A stretch of DNA of 35,111 bases from an archaeon (GTDB lineage: Archaea > Iainarchaeota > Iainarchaeia > Iainarchaeales > 0-14-0-20-34-12), in contig JBBSVU010000011.1 of NCBI GenBank assembly GCA_038046645.1, forward strand, positions 7,778 to 42,888. The letters run 5' to 3'. This document shows, piece after piece, positions 9,745 through 20,218 of this stretch (the first letter of the stretch is position 1; every line of letters begins with the position of its first letter). Both the position numbers and the translations under genes were made by a program. The notes beneath the pieces were generated by a model. It was not told the DNA's origin and ran no database searches. It worked only from the letters and a program-made list of their open reading frames with translations.

Positions 9745-10590
9745 TTGGTGGCATATCCTGAAGATGAAGGCGGAGCAGATGTTGGTGCATCCTATAATTA
9801 TGCACCCTCAAGATTAGGTCGTAATTTAGAAGGCGTAATTCCATTGATTCTTATTGTTGTAATTGCAGCAGTAGCTGGAGGCTATTTAGGCTTATGGGAT
9901 ATTCCATTTGTTTTCCAGCACAGTGCTACCAAAATGCTTATTATAGGCCAGCCTAGTTTAGAAACAATGGCTGTATTTGACCAATCAAAGGATTTGGTAA
10001 AATATGTTACCAAGAGTTCAGAAAGCATGAAATTGAATCCTAAAGAATATATTGCACAGTATGATATTGTTTGGTTAGACCAATCCAATATTCAGCCTGA
10101 AGGCGCAAAATATATTCCAAGGCAATTAGGTGAAGCCTTAACTGAATACGTAAAGAAAGGCGGAAAATTAGTCACAGTTATGGACAGCGGCATATTTAGA
10201 AAAGGAGACATTAGCATTGTTGGATGGGAAGGAACATTCCAAAGCGATGTAGTTCCAGCAAAATGTGAAGCCGATTATGTTGGGAATCCAAGTTGCATAA
10301 ATGCAATCTTCGTGCCACAAGCAGAGATTTGGTCTGCAGACCCAGACCACCCAATTATGAAAGGCATTACAGTTGTGCCGGCAATACCAACTATGCCTAA
10401 GCTCTCATTAACTACTTTTAATGTTACGCCTAATGGCTATGAGATAGCATATATACAATCAACTGCAACACCAGAATCTTATCCAGGACTTATAGAAAAA
10501 AGATTATTGTTGGGAAAAAGCATATATATCAATTATAACCCAGGCATAATCCCACCAATATTGCAAAATATCTTAGTATACTTAAGATAA
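9745..10590 (+). CDS. Membrane-anchored GATase-like-domain protein, paralogue of upstream gene
   Basis: N-terminal TM helix; YDIVWLD...YVKKGGKLVTVMDSG...HPIMKGI; AGGTGA RBS. Confidence 0.7.
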   Translation: MVAYPEDEGGADVGASYNYAPSRLGRNLEGVIPLILIVVIAAVAGGYLGLWDIPFVFQHSATKMLIIGQPSLETMAVFDQSKDLVKYVTKSSESMKLNPKEYIAQYDIVWLDQSNIQPEGAKYIPRQLGEALTEYVKKGGKLVTVMDSGIFRKGDISIVGWEGTFQSDVVPAKCEADYVGNPSCINAIFVPQAEIWSADPDHPIMKGITVVPAIPTMPKLSLTTFNVTPNGYEIAYIQSTATPESYPGLIEKRLLLGKSIYINYNPGIIPPILQNILVYLR

Positions 10591-10664
10591 CCAGAAGTGT
10601 CTTAAACACTAAAATGGTTATGCTTAGAAAAACAAAAACGTACGTCTAATTGGAGGTGTACACA

Positions 10665-10943
10665 ATGACAGAAGGTACAGATAATACAGTATATGTAGGT
10701 AAAAAAGGTACAATGGCTTATGTATTGGCTGTTGTAACACAAATGAATCAAGGGGCTAATGAAGTATTTATAAAAGCCAGAGGGAAAGCAATCAGCAGGG
10801 CTGTAGATGTTGCCGAGATTGTGAAAAACAAATTCTCAAGCGAGGCAAAGATAGAATCAATTATCACCAGCACTGAAGAGGTTGAATCCGACGAAGGCAA
10901 GCCAGTAAAGGTATCAGCAATTGAAATAAAGATTTCAAAGTAA
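10665..10943 (+). CDS. albA: DNA/RNA-binding protein Alba
   Basis: [47 protein letters not shown] before ATG 10665. Confidence 0.97.
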   Translation: MTEGTDNTVYVGKKGTMAYVLAVVTQMNQGANEVFIKARGKAISRAVDVAEIVKNKFSSEAKIESIITSTEEVESDEGKPVKVSAIEIKISK

Positions 10944-11139
10944 TCTTTGATTAATTCTGATATATCCTTTTTTCTTTTTTTTCTTATTTTTGTTTTCTTA
11001 ACTTTCAGCATATTTTTGTATCTTTTTTCTTATTTTTTATTTTTATGCAATTCATTTGCCATTTAGCTAAAATTTATTTTTGTACTATTTTTAGCATGTA
11101 CCAAAATCCCTTTATAAATCAAAGCCGAATGTTTATTGT

Positions 11140-11440
11140 GGAAAGGTAATGTTTTTCATTTCCCTCACAAAAATTGAAAATTGAAACTTACAGTTTCATC
11201 TCTCATCGCCTTTCCCTCTTTTTTATTTTTTCTGCCTAATTTTAAATCTAAAAATGTAAACTCAGGAGTTTATTCAAAATAAACCAAATTTATATTAATC
11301 ACTTTAATCAGGATTATTTTAATGCCAAAAGGCAAAATAATTTCGTAAAATTGTTTTTTGGCATTAGGTAATGAGAGTTGGAACAAAACGCAGATTAGGC
11401 AGCCATCTTAATCCATAAAATTCCTTAGTATGGTTGCCTG
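11140..11440 (+). ncRNA. Candidate structured non-coding RNA(s), family unassigned
   Basis: TATA-like TTTATAAA 11111-11118; several local hairpins and long-range complementary segments; no sizeable ORF. Confidence 0.25.
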
Positions 11441-11441
11441 A

Positions 11442-12236
11442 TCATTCTTTTATCCCGGTCATTACAAAGAAAGCGCCCCTCCTTCCCAACATCCAGCTTA
11501 ATTCTGAAAGCTCTGCAATCTTCCCTATGCTTGGCTTTGAACTAATAAATTTTATTTTATTATTGCTGAACCAGCCTTTTACCTCCCTGACTGAATGGTA
11601 GGATTCGTGCGGATGCGCATATTTATCCGCTAACCAAATAATGCCTTGCTTAGGCATTTTTCCCAAGAAGAATAATTTTCTTGCTAACTGCATGCGTTTT
11701 TCAAAGTTCTCGCCAGCTAAAATATTTACTATCTTCCTTTTTATCCTGTGCCTTGCCCTTCCTATCCTGTTGTACAATCCAATGCTAATCATTCCCTTAT
11801 CTTTCACTAATTTAACCAAATGCTCAAATCCTTTTTTTGGATTTGCAGTATGGTGCAAAACCCCATATGAAATCACAATATCAAATTTTGCCCCTTCCTT
11901 AGATAATGCAGGATTCAAAACATCACTTTGCATCAAATGCCAATTTTTAATATCAAATTTCTTTTTTAATTCCTGCGCTTTTTTCAGGGAATTCATGCTT
12001 ATATCAAGCCCTACAACATTTGCGCCGCACAACGCTAAAGAAGCGCCTAATTCACCTGTGCCGCATCCTGCTTCAAGTATATATTTCCCTTTAAAATAAT
12101 CCAGATTCTTCAGACCAATGGCATTTTTTACCCAATTTGCATATGTTTCCATACCCTTTTTCCTTGTTACATTTCTGCTGGGATAAGGGTATTTTTCATA
12201 AAGGCTTCTTACTTTTTTTAATATGTCATCTGCCAT
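11442..12236 (-). CDS. Class I SAM-dependent methyltransferase
   Basis: ILEAGCGTG motif I, GLDIS, FDIVISYGVLHH. Confidence 0.9.
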   Translation of the reverse strand: MADDILKKVRSLYEKYPYPSRNVTRKKGMETYANWVKNAIGLKNLDYFKGKYILEAGCGTGELGASLALCGANVVGLDISMNSLKKAQELKKKFDIKNWHLMQSDVLNPALSKEGAKFDIVISYGVLHHTANPKKGFEHLVKLVKDKGMISIGLYNRIGRARHRIKRKIVNILAGENFEKRMQLARKLFFLGKMPKQGIIWLADKYAHPHESYHSVREVKGWFSNNKIKFISSKPSIGKIAELSELSWMLGRRGAFFVMTGIKE

Positions 12237-12377
12237 TTTACCACAAATTGCCCTGTTCTTGATTTGACCTTTGTATGGAATTATTTAAATAACTGATTGG
12301 CTAATTAATTAATGATTATATAATTATGATATTATAAAATCTAATTGATAAAATAGTTAAATATTTGAAGTGGTTTT

Positions 12378-13253
12378 ATGAAGCTTACAAAAAGGATGAA
12401 GGTTAATTATGGTCTTGCGCAGATGCTGAAAGGCGGTGTAATAATGGATGTAACCTCAGCAGCACAGGCAAGGATAGCTGAGAAAGCAGGTGCTGTTGCT
12501 GTCATGGCTCTTGAAAGGGTTCCAGCAGATATTAGGAAGCAGGGAGGCATAGCCAGAATGGCTGATCCTGTAAGGATTAAGGAGATTATGGCTTCTGTTA
12601 CAATCCCTGTAATGGCTAAGGTAAGGATAGGCCATTTTGCTGAAGCACAAATACTGCAGGAATTAGGCGTTGATTTTATTGATGAATCCGAGGTATTAAC
12701 ACCTGCGGATAGTCGTTACCATATTGCTAAGCTTGCATTTGATGTTCCTTTTGTGTGTGGTGCAACTTGTTTAGGCGAGGCTTTGAGAAGGATAAAGGAA
12801 GGTGCATCCATGATAAGGACAAAAGGCGAAGCAGGAACAGGCAATATTATTGAGGCAGTAAGGCATATTCGCGTGATAAATGAAGAGATTGCTTTATTGA
12901 AAACAAATAAAAAATTGCAGAAATCATTTTCAATTAAGGAACGCGTTCCTTTAGATTTGGTAAAAGAAGTTGCTAAAAATCAAAGATTGCCCGTAGTTAA
13001 TTTTGCTGCAGGCGGGATAGCAACCCCTGCTGATGCATCTTTAGTTATGCAATTAGGTGTTGAAGGCGTCTTTGTTGGTTCAGGTGTCTTTAAATCTTCA
13101 GACCCTGATAAAAGGGCTGCAGCTATTGTTGAGGCTACAACTAATTTCAAGAATTCAAAAATACTTGCAAGGGTTTCTTTTTGTTTGGGAGAACCAATGC
13201 AGGGCATAGACATAAAAGATTTAGATATAAAGTATGCTGAAAGAGGATGGTAA
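12378..13253 (+). CDS. pdxS: Pyridoxal 5'-phosphate synthase lyase subunit
   Basis: [52 protein letters not shown]-terminus. Confidence 0.98.
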   Translation: MKLTKRMKVNYGLAQMLKGGVIMDVTSAAQARIAEKAGAVAVMALERVPADIRKQGGIARMADPVRIKEIMASVTIPVMAKVRIGHFAEAQILQELGVDFIDESEVLTPADSRYHIAKLAFDVPFVCGATCLGEALRRIKEGASMIRTKGEAGTGNIIEAVRHIRVINEEIALLKTNKKLQKSFSIKERVPLDLVKEVAKNQRLPVVNFAAGGIATPADASLVMQLGVEGVFVGSGVFKSSDPDKRAAAIVEATTNFKNSKILARVSFCLGEPMQGIDIKDLDIKYAERGW

Positions 13254-13825
13254 TCCTGCTTAAGATTGGGGTGCTTGCCCTGCAGGGCAGCTTTGCAGAG
13301 CATGTTGCAGCATTGGAAAAATGCAAGGTTACTGCTGTAGAAGTGCGGCTTCCTTCGGATTTAGAAGGCCTTTCTGGATTGATTATTCCAGGCGGAGAAT
13401 CCACAACAATAAGGAATCTTCTGCAATTTTCCGGTTTGGACCAAGCAATTATCAAAGCAAAGAATTTAGGCATGAAATTTTTTGGCACATGTGCAGGCAC
13501 AATCCTTCTCGCCAAAACAATAAAAGAGGAATCTAATTTTACCTTTGGCTTTATCGACGTTTCTGTTTCAAGGAATGCATATGGCCGACAAATATATTCA
13601 TTCGATAAAAATGTTTTGATAAAAGGCATTGGAAATTTTGAGGCTGTTTTCATAAGGGCGCCAAAGATAATATCTGCAGGAGACAGTGTCAAAATCCTCG
13701 CAAGGGACGGCAAGGATATTGTTATGGCTGAAAATGATTCATGCTTAATTGCAACATTCCATCCAGAGCTTACCCCTGATTTAAGGGTACATAAATATTT
13801 TATTAATAAAATTATGAATGGCTGA
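13247..13825 (+). CDS. pdxT: PLP synthase glutaminase subunit
   Basis: GVLALQG, PGGESTT, GTCAG, RNAYGRQ, FIRAP, FHPEL; true start may be a few codons downstream. Confidence 0.97.
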   Translation: MVILLKIGVLALQGSFAEHVAALEKCKVTAVEVRLPSDLEGLSGLIIPGGESTTIRNLLQFSGLDQAIIKAKNLGMKFFGTCAGTILLAKTIKEESNFTFGFIDVSVSRNAYGRQIYSFDKNVLIKGIGNFEAVFIRAPKIISAGDSVKILARDGKDIVMAENDSCLIATFHPELTPDLRVHKYFINKIMNG

Positions 13826-13981
13826 TTAATGAAAAAAATTATTAATAAAAAAGGTTTGAAAGATACTAATTAGTTAAATAAGAACAGTTAACTTAGAATT
13901 ATTTATTGGTGTCTTGTTTTACAAATAGTTAAATTAAAGAACTGCCTTTCCCTTAGAAAAGGCCTTTGCTAAAAAACAACA

Positions 13982-14980
13982 TTACTTTCTTAAGAAATCG
14001 AGTATAAAGTTGCCTCTCTTTTCCTGTGTTTGTGATCCTGATTCTTTATAGGCCCACTTGCCCTTATTCTTAAGCTCTACTGCTCTTGCTAATTCCTTAC
14101 TATCGCTTGCAAATAACATATCATCCTCACCTCTTCCATCAACTCTTTGCAATAATAACAATATTAAAGCAATAACTATAATAACTGCTCCTATTATTCC
14201 TAGCCAGAAAGGATTTAAAATACCTGAAGCTGTTGAAGCCAAGCCAGCCCATGCAGGTTTATTCATTTCTTCAAGCTCCTGCTTTTGCACATTTAAATCC
14301 TGCTTTACTGAAGTGATATTATTTATCAGGCCTTCAATCTCCTTGCTTGTTTTTGAGTCTGTGCTGCTTAATTTTTTTGCTTCCAAATCAAGCAATTCAA
14401 CATTTTTTGATATATTTTCAAGCTGCTTGCTTAGTGATTCTATTGCTCCTTGTTTGTCTTTCAATGTTGATTGCAATTCGCCAATTGTTTTATTGATGTT
14501 TTCTGTTGTTGTTGAAAAATCATTCAGCTTTTTCTCAAGCTGTGTGTTTAATTCCTTTAATTTATTCAATTCAAATGTCATTTCATTCCTGAATGAATCA
14601 GATAACGGATTAAAAACAGAAAATTGCTTTGAAACAGTGTTCTGCAACGCATCGCTCTTGAAACTATCTGCCTTAATAACATAAGTTCCGGCATTTAGGC
14701 CGACCATTGCAATTACTGCAAAGGTATTTGATGTATTATATGCCTTGATTACCTGCCCTGAAAGAGAGTCAAAGTTTATTATCTTGCCTTCAGCAACATA
14801 AATTTTTGCAATCTGCTGGTCATTTAAATAAACAATTGCTTTGTCAATTGTTGAATCTAAATTTAAATTAAAACTCCATGCTGTGTTTGCGCTTATCGAA
14901 TCTGAACCCTGGATTTCTGCAGCATATGTTGCATTCACTAAAAAAATTCCTAAAATTAAGAATGCGAGAATTCTTTTCAT
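13982..14980 (-). CDS. Surface protein: signal peptide, beta-rich domain, coiled-coil stalk, C-terminal TM helix and cytoplasmic tail
   Basis: MKRILAFLILGIFLVNATYA signal; heptad-like region; FWLGIIGAVIIVIALILLLL. Confidence 0.8.
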   Translation of the reverse strand: MKRILAFLILGIFLVNATYAAEIQGSDSISANTAWSFNLNLDSTIDKAIVYLNDQQIAKIYVAEGKIINFDSLSGQVIKAYNTSNTFAVIAMVGLNAGTYVIKADSFKSDALQNTVSKQFSVFNPLSDSFRNEMTFELNKLKELNTQLEKKLNDFSTTTENINKTIGELQSTLKDKQGAIESLSKQLENISKNVELLDLEAKKLSSTDSKTSKEIEGLINNITSVKQDLNVQKQELEEMNKPAWAGLASTASGILNPFWLGIIGAVIIVIALILLLLQRVDGRGEDDMLFASDSKELARAVELKNKGKWAYKESGSQTQEKRGNFILDFLRK

Positions 14981-15078
14981 TGTTTTACACCCCGAATAAC
15001 CCCTAATTATGCTACCATTTAGGTTAAAATTGTTTAAAAATAATGTGGTTGACTATGTTTGTATCTGTTTTGTGATTT

Positions 15079-15150
15079 GGAGGTGTGGTCTATTGGCATG
15101 ACGTCGCTTTCACAGAGCGAAGGTAAGCGGTCCGATTCCGCTCACCTCCA
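15079..15150 (+). tRNA. tRNA-Val, anticodon CAC
   Basis: Acceptor GGAGGTG/CACCTCC+A; anticodon stem TCGCT/AGCGA, loop TT-CAC-AG; T stem AGCGG/CCGCT with loop TCCGATT. Confidence 0.9.
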
Positions 15151-15165
15151 AAATTTTCAATTAGT

Positions 15166-16464
15166 TTATTTCACAAATGCGCTAGCCGTTACACCGGCAT
15201 CCCAAGACAAGCGAGGCCTTATCTTAATCATCCACAATTTTTCAGAATTGTCATCTAAAACAAGGGCATATCCCTTATCCTTTGGCATTTCTTGGAAATA
15301 TTTATCAAAGTCCTGATGCAAATAGCTAGGCCTTAATGTAGCTATTGCCCCAATATCATCCTGTGCTGTCATCCTGTGGCTGATAAATAAATCACATTGT
15401 GAAATGCAATCCGGATGCAATCTGTTTGGCCTTTGTGTAGCCAATACAAGACTTAAGCCTGGCTGCCTTCCAACCCTGACCCATTCTAATAATACTTTCA
15501 AAGCAATATTATCCTCATCCTTTGGCATGAACATGTGTGCTTCATCTATTAGCATCCAAATGATAGGCATTGAACTTTCTTTTCTCTCTCCCCTAATTAA
15601 TTTTGCTTCTTCCTCTTTCCTGTAAAGCATTCTTTCTTCAAATAATTTCTTTCCAATCATTCCAACAATAATATCCTTTGTGCCTTCCATCCCAATTGCC
15701 TGCCTGTAAGCAGAAACATCAATTATATTTATTGTCCCAGGCTTTACTATGTCCTTAATTTTTGTGCCTGTTTTTTCAATCAAGCCCCAGCCTTTTGCCG
15801 CTTTTAATCTATTTATCAATGCTTCCTTTGCCAGCTTATCCGCATCCTGGTCTGCTTTCACTGCCCCAATTAATTCATCAATTCCATAGTATGTGCCCAT
15901 TTTTTCAGAAACATCATCCACAATCCTGCTTAATAAAACGCCTTCAGCATCCTTCCAGGTCAATTTGAAAAGAGCCATCCATTCCAAGCCAGATAATTCA
16001 GATGCTTTTATCGTAAATGCCCCATCAGTAGGGATGCCATTCTGCTTGTAAAAATCCTCCTTGCCTTTCGGGACAAAAACACGGGCATCAGCAATTGCCT
16101 CTGGCTTTAAATCCCATTCAGCCAATGCTTTCTCATCCTTTTTGTTTGGGAATTTCAACCCCCAGAAGATTCCAACCAAGTCAATTGCAATTACAGAAAT
16201 CCTATTTCTTATTTCTGGTGGCAATTGCGCAAAGCTTTCAAGCAAAACACAAAGCGAGAATGATTTTCCACCACCGCGCTTGCCGCATATGAGCATCACA
16301 TGCGGGCTTGCTAAATCAACCATTACCTTTCTTCCCAAAACAGGATTTTCGCCAGAAGACATCACAACCTTCCCTAAATAGCCTGTCCCTTCCTTTCCGT
16401 ATTTTTCAATCCCTTTCTGGCTTCTCCCAATTACAACTTCATCCTTGCTTAATTCTATGACCAT
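15166..16464 (-). CDS. HerA/FtsK-superfamily (DUF87) ATPase
   Basis: Walker A GKRGGGKS, Walker B MLIDEAH, RVGRQPG (Arg finger), ATQRP. Confidence 0.9.
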   Translation of the reverse strand: MVIELSKDEVVIGRSQKGIEKYGKEGTGYLGKVVMSSGENPVLGRKVMVDLASPHVMLICGKRGGGKSFSLCVLLESFAQLPPEIRNRISVIAIDLVGIFWGLKFPNKKDEKALAEWDLKPEAIADARVFVPKGKEDFYKQNGIPTDGAFTIKASELSGLEWMALFKLTWKDAEGVLLSRIVDDVSEKMGTYYGIDELIGAVKADQDADKLAKEALINRLKAAKGWGLIEKTGTKIKDIVKPGTINIIDVSAYRQAIGMEGTKDIIVGMIGKKLFEERMLYRKEEEAKLIRGERKESSMPIIWMLIDEAHMFMPKDEDNIALKVLLEWVRVGRQPGLSLVLATQRPNRLHPDCISQCDLFISHRMTAQDDIGAIATLRPSYLHQDFDKYFQEMPKDKGYALVLDDNSEKLWMIKIRPRLSWDAGVTASAFVK

Positions 16465-16521
16465 GAATTAGATTAGTCTTAACTTATTTAAATAACTTCT
16501 TTTCACAGTTAGATAGAAACA

Positions 16522-17322
16522 ATGCTGGAATTAATTTTTTTTATAAAATTTATTGTTGCTGTTGCAGTTGTTCTTGTACTTGCTTTTTTGGCAGAAAAGG
16601 TTAGCCCTAGGTTTGCAGGCATAATTTCAGGAACCCCTACAGGCACGGCAATAACACTTTTTTTCTATGGTTTGGAGATAAGTCCCGAATTTGCTTCCAA
16701 TAGTGCAATCTTTAATCTAGCAGGGCTTCTGGCAATGTTGACCTTTTTTTACTTATATTATATTTCTTCAAAAATAATCGGGCGGGAAAGCATTTTAGTT
16801 TCCTCAGTTTTTGCAATCATTGGTTATTCTATTGTAACCCTTATTTTGCAAAATATCAAATTTGACCAAATAACTGCTGCGTTGGTAGCCATTATTAGTG
16901 TTCCTGTGTTTATGTATCTATTTAGGAAAATACCCGATAGTAAAGTTGAAAAAAGAATAAAATTAAGCAATACGATATTATTCATCCGTGCGCTGGCTGC
17001 CGGAACCATAATATTGGCAATTACCACACTAGCTAAATTTGTTGGGCCAACCTGGGCAGGGCTTTTTTCTGCATTTCCAACAACTGTTTTTCAAATGATA
17101 ATCCTTGTCCAATATACTTATGGAATTAAGCCAGTCAATACTATAATAAAAAATTTTCCAATAGGTCTTCCTTCCTTGATTTTATACAGTTTAACTGTTT
17201 ATATGGCATATCCAGTAATAGGAATATTTTTTGGTACTTTGCTTGCATATCTTGCAGCAATTATCTGCCTTATCCTCTGCCTTTTTATTGAAAAAAAGAG
17301 CACTAATAAAGCTAGTAATTAG
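16522..17322 (+). CDS. Integral membrane protein with internal duplication
   Basis: About 8 hydrophobic segments; repeated motif SPRFAGIISGTP / GPTWAGLFSAFP. Confidence 0.75.
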   Translation: MLELIFFIKFIVAVAVVLVLAFLAEKVSPRFAGIISGTPTGTAITLFFYGLEISPEFASNSAIFNLAGLLAMLTFFYLYYISSKIIGRESILVSSVFAIIGYSIVTLILQNIKFDQITAALVAIISVPVFMYLFRKIPDSKVEKRIKLSNTILFIRALAAGTIILAITTLAKFVGPTWAGLFSAFPTTVFQMIILVQYTYGIKPVNTIIKNFPIGLPSLILYSLTVYMAYPVIGIFFGTLLAYLAAIICLILCLFIEKKSTNKASN

Positions 17323-17420
17323 CCCAAAATAGCATTAAACAGCAAACCGACAAGTACAAGTGAAACAGCCAAATTCCAATACGAAAAGCCTTTAAAATAT
17401 GCATTATCTTATATGATTAC

Positions 17421-19529
17421 ATGGTTTCCAAGCCAAATATAAAATATCTTTTTGAGCCAAGAAGCATTGCAATTATTGGTGCTTCGCATGATAAAGAAAA
17501 GATAGGGTATACAATTCTGGAAAATATTGTTGCATCTAATTATGCAGGCAAAATTTATCCAATAAATCCAAAAGGCGGAGTTTTGCATAGCCTAAAAGTT
17601 TTCAAAAGCCTTGATGAGATAACTGAGGATATTGATTTAGCCGTAATTGTTATCCCTGCAAAATTTGTGTTTGATGAAATCAAAAAATGTGCAAAAAGGC
17701 ATGTTAAATTTGCACTTATTATATCATCTGGATTTTCTGAAGTAGGAAGTTCTGATGCTGAAAAGAAAATTGTTGAATTTGCCAAATCGCACGGGATGAG
17801 GATTCTTGGCCCAAATATCTTTGGATTGTTTTCTGCAAAATCCTCTTTGAATGCGACATTTGGCCCGAAAAACATCAAGAAAGGGAATATTGCTATCATA
17901 ACACAAAGCGGAGCTTTAGGGATTGCTATGATTGGCAAGACAGCATTTGAGAATGTTGGCCTTTCATCGATTGTTTCCGTGGGGAATAAATCAGATATTG
18001 ATGAAGCAGATTTGCTTGAATATTTCATGCACGATTCTGAGACAAAATCTATTTTGATTTATATTGAAGGCGTAAAAAACGGCGAGAAATTTTCAAAGGT
18101 TTTAAAAGAGGTCACAAAAAATAAGCCGGTTGTTGTGGTAAAAGCCGGCCGTTCTAAAAAAGGTGTGCAGGCTGTAGCTTCCCATACTGGTGCATTATCT
18201 GGTTCGGATGATGTTTTTAATGGGGTTATGAAGCAATGCAGAACCTTAAGGGCAGATACCTTAAAAGAGGCCTTGGACTGGTCTGAGTTTTTTGTTTATT
18301 CTCCCCACCCTAAAGCGCCAAACACTTTAATTCTCACTAATGGTGGGGGAATAGGTGTTTTAGCGACAGATGCTGCTGAAAAATATGGTGTAACCTTATA
18401 TGATAATCTGGAAGATTTGAAAAAAACATTTGCAAAGGATATGCCTTATTTTGGTTCAGTAAAAAATCCTGTTGATTTGACTGGGCAGGCAAATCCTTTC
18501 CATTATAATGCAGCACTTAATTCTGCACTGAAAAATAAAAATATTCATGCAGTTATAGCCTTATATTGTGAAACTGCAGTTTTTGATACTGATTCATTTG
18601 CAAAAATAATACTTGAAAATTATTCTAAGTTCCGTGAGGCAAGAAAACCAATTGTATTTTGCTTATTCGGGGGAGAAAAAACAGAAAAATGCCTCGCCTG
18701 CCTGAGGAAAAAAGTGCCTGTTTTCTCTGAACCATATGATGCTGTCTCTTGCATAGGTGCACAGTATGCTTATTACAAATATTTATTAGAAAAATTTGAT
18801 AAAATAGATACTGCAAAGATTAATTCTAGATTTATTGATAAAATAATAAAAAATGCACAAAAGGAAAAAAGGCAATTTTTGTTCTCAAAGGAAGGGCAGC
18901 AGATAATAAATAGCGTAAATATTAAGCAGCCAAAATGCTTTGTCGCGCGAAATGAAAGACAAGCGGTTGAATTTGCAGATAAAATAGGCTATCCTGTAGC
19001 CCTAAAGATTGTTTCAAAGGACATATTGCATAAGAGCGATGCTGGCGGTGTTTTTTTAAATGTGAAAAAGAAGCAGGAAGTTATTGATGCTTATCATTCA
19101 ATCATAAAAAATGTTAAAAAATTCAAGAAAAATGCAAAGATTGACGGAATTGAAATATGTGAGATGGTTCCAAAGGGAACAGAATTAATTATTGGTGCAA
19201 GGCAGGATCCGATATTCGGCCCTGTTGTTATGTGCGGTTTGGGTGGAATCTATGTTGAATTAATGAAGGACTTTTCCTTCAGGTCTGCATTTTTAAACCG
19301 CAAGGAAGCGCTTTCCATGTTGCATGAATTAAGGTCTTACCCTCTTTTATTGGGGGTAAGGGGCGAGAAAGGTAAGGACATTAAAAGCATTATTGATTCA
19401 ATAATTAAAATTGCAACAATAATCAGGAAACACAAGGATATTACTGACTTGGAGATAAATCCTTTGACAGCCTATGCAAGAGGAGTAAAAGCAGTTGATG
19501 TAAGGATTCTAATTTCCAACCAAAAGTAA
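17421..19529 (+). CDS. acdAB: Acetate--CoA ligase (ADP-forming), fused alpha-beta
   Basis: CoA-binding IAIIGAS, GPN, TQSGA, phospho-His SHTG, NPVDLTG, ATP-grasp HKSDAGGV, EINPL. Confidence 0.93.
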   Translation: MVSKPNIKYLFEPRSIAIIGASHDKEKIGYTILENIVASNYAGKIYPINPKGGVLHSLKVFKSLDEITEDIDLAVIVIPAKFVFDEIKKCAKRHVKFALIISSGFSEVGSSDAEKKIVEFAKSHGMRILGPNIFGLFSAKSSLNATFGPKNIKKGNIAIITQSGALGIAMIGKTAFENVGLSSIVSVGNKSDIDEADLLEYFMHDSETKSILIYIEGVKNGEKFSKVLKEVTKNKPVVVVKAGRSKKGVQAVASHTGALSGSDDVFNGVMKQCRTLRADTLKEALDWSEFFVYSPHPKAPNTLILTNGGGIGVLATDAAEKYGVTLYDNLEDLKKTFAKDMPYFGSVKNPVDLTGQANPFHYNAALNSALKNKNIHAVIALYCETAVFDTDSFAKIILENYSKFREARKPIVFCLFGGEKTEKCLACLRKKVPVFSEPYDAVSCIGAQYAYYKYLLEKFDKIDTAKINSRFIDKIIKNAQKEKRQFLFSKEGQQIINSVNIKQPKCFVARNERQAVEFADKIGYPVALKIVSKDILHKSDAGGVFLNVKKKQEVIDAYHSIIKNVKKFKKNAKIDGIEICEMVPKGTELIIGARQDPIFGPVVMCGLGGIYVELMKDFSFRSAFLNRKEALSMLHELRSYPLLLGVRGEKGKDIKSIIDSIIKIATIIRKHKDITDLEINPLTAYARGVKAVDVRILISNQK

Positions 19530-19597
19530 TTAAAAACCAATAATTCTTCTTAGATTATACAAGTTTAATTCTGATTATCTTATCCGGAGGTTTTTTT

Positions 19598-20182
19598 ATG
19601 AAGAATACAATCCAAAATCTTGCAAAAGCCTTTATTGGTGAAAGCCAGGCAAGGAACCGATACACTTATTATTCCAAAATCGCAAAAAAAGAAGGCTATG
19701 AACAGATTGGTGAAATATTCCAGTTAACAGCAGACCAGGAAAAAGAACATGCTTCATGGCTTATGAAGATGATAAATGAATTGAAAAAGAAAACCTCAGA
19801 TAATTTGAATGAGATTAAGGTAGAGGTTTCTGTCCCAACAATTGTTGCAACAACTGTTGAGAATCTTAAAGCAGCAATAGCTGGTGAAAACTATGAATAC
19901 TCAAAGATGTATCCCGAATTTGCTTCTGTTGCTGATAAGGAAGGCCTGAATGATATAGGCAAAAGGTTCAGGGCAATAGCTGTTGCTGAAAAACACCATG
20001 AAGAGCGCTATAAAAAATTGCTTGAGCAGCTTGAGAAAGGCACTTTGTTCAAGAAAAAGGATGCTGTTTGGTGGGTTTGCAGGGAATGTGGCTATGTGCA
20101 TTTTGGCAAAGAACCACCAGAAAAATGCCCTTCGTGTGATCATGAAAAAGGGTTTTATCAATTAAAATGTGAGGAATACTAA
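19598..20182 (+). CDS. rbr: Rubrerythrin
   Basis: AFIGESQARNRY, EKEHA, GENYE, EKHH; C-terminal rubredoxin CRECG...CPSC. Confidence 0.97.
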   Translation: MKNTIQNLAKAFIGESQARNRYTYYSKIAKKEGYEQIGEIFQLTADQEKEHASWLMKMINELKKKTSDNLNEIKVEVSVPTIVATTVENLKAAIAGENYEYSKMYPEFASVADKEGLNDIGKRFRAIAVAEKHHEERYKKLLEQLEKGTLFKKKDAVWWVCRECGYVHFGKEPPEKCPSCDHEKGFYQLKCEEY

Positions 20183-20218
20183 TTTGTATTCCTAAAGGTA
20201 ATGTTAAGAGGTGAAATT

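Noticed and set aside
9790..9900. Class III (prepilin) signal peptide
   Set aside because: LEG/VIPL lacks the K/R at -2 of the archaeal prepilin peptidase motif
11380..11397. RNase P RNA (GGAACAAAACGCAGATTA loosely resembles its 3' conserved region)
   Set aside because: No GAGGAAAGUCC-like 5' partner found and the region is very AT-rich; left as an unassigned candidate
14058..14684. Long antisense ORFs (also 13147-13713, 23105-23566, 28320-28841 and others)
   Set aside because: Ser/Phe/Leu-rich mirror translations of well-supported genes on the other strand
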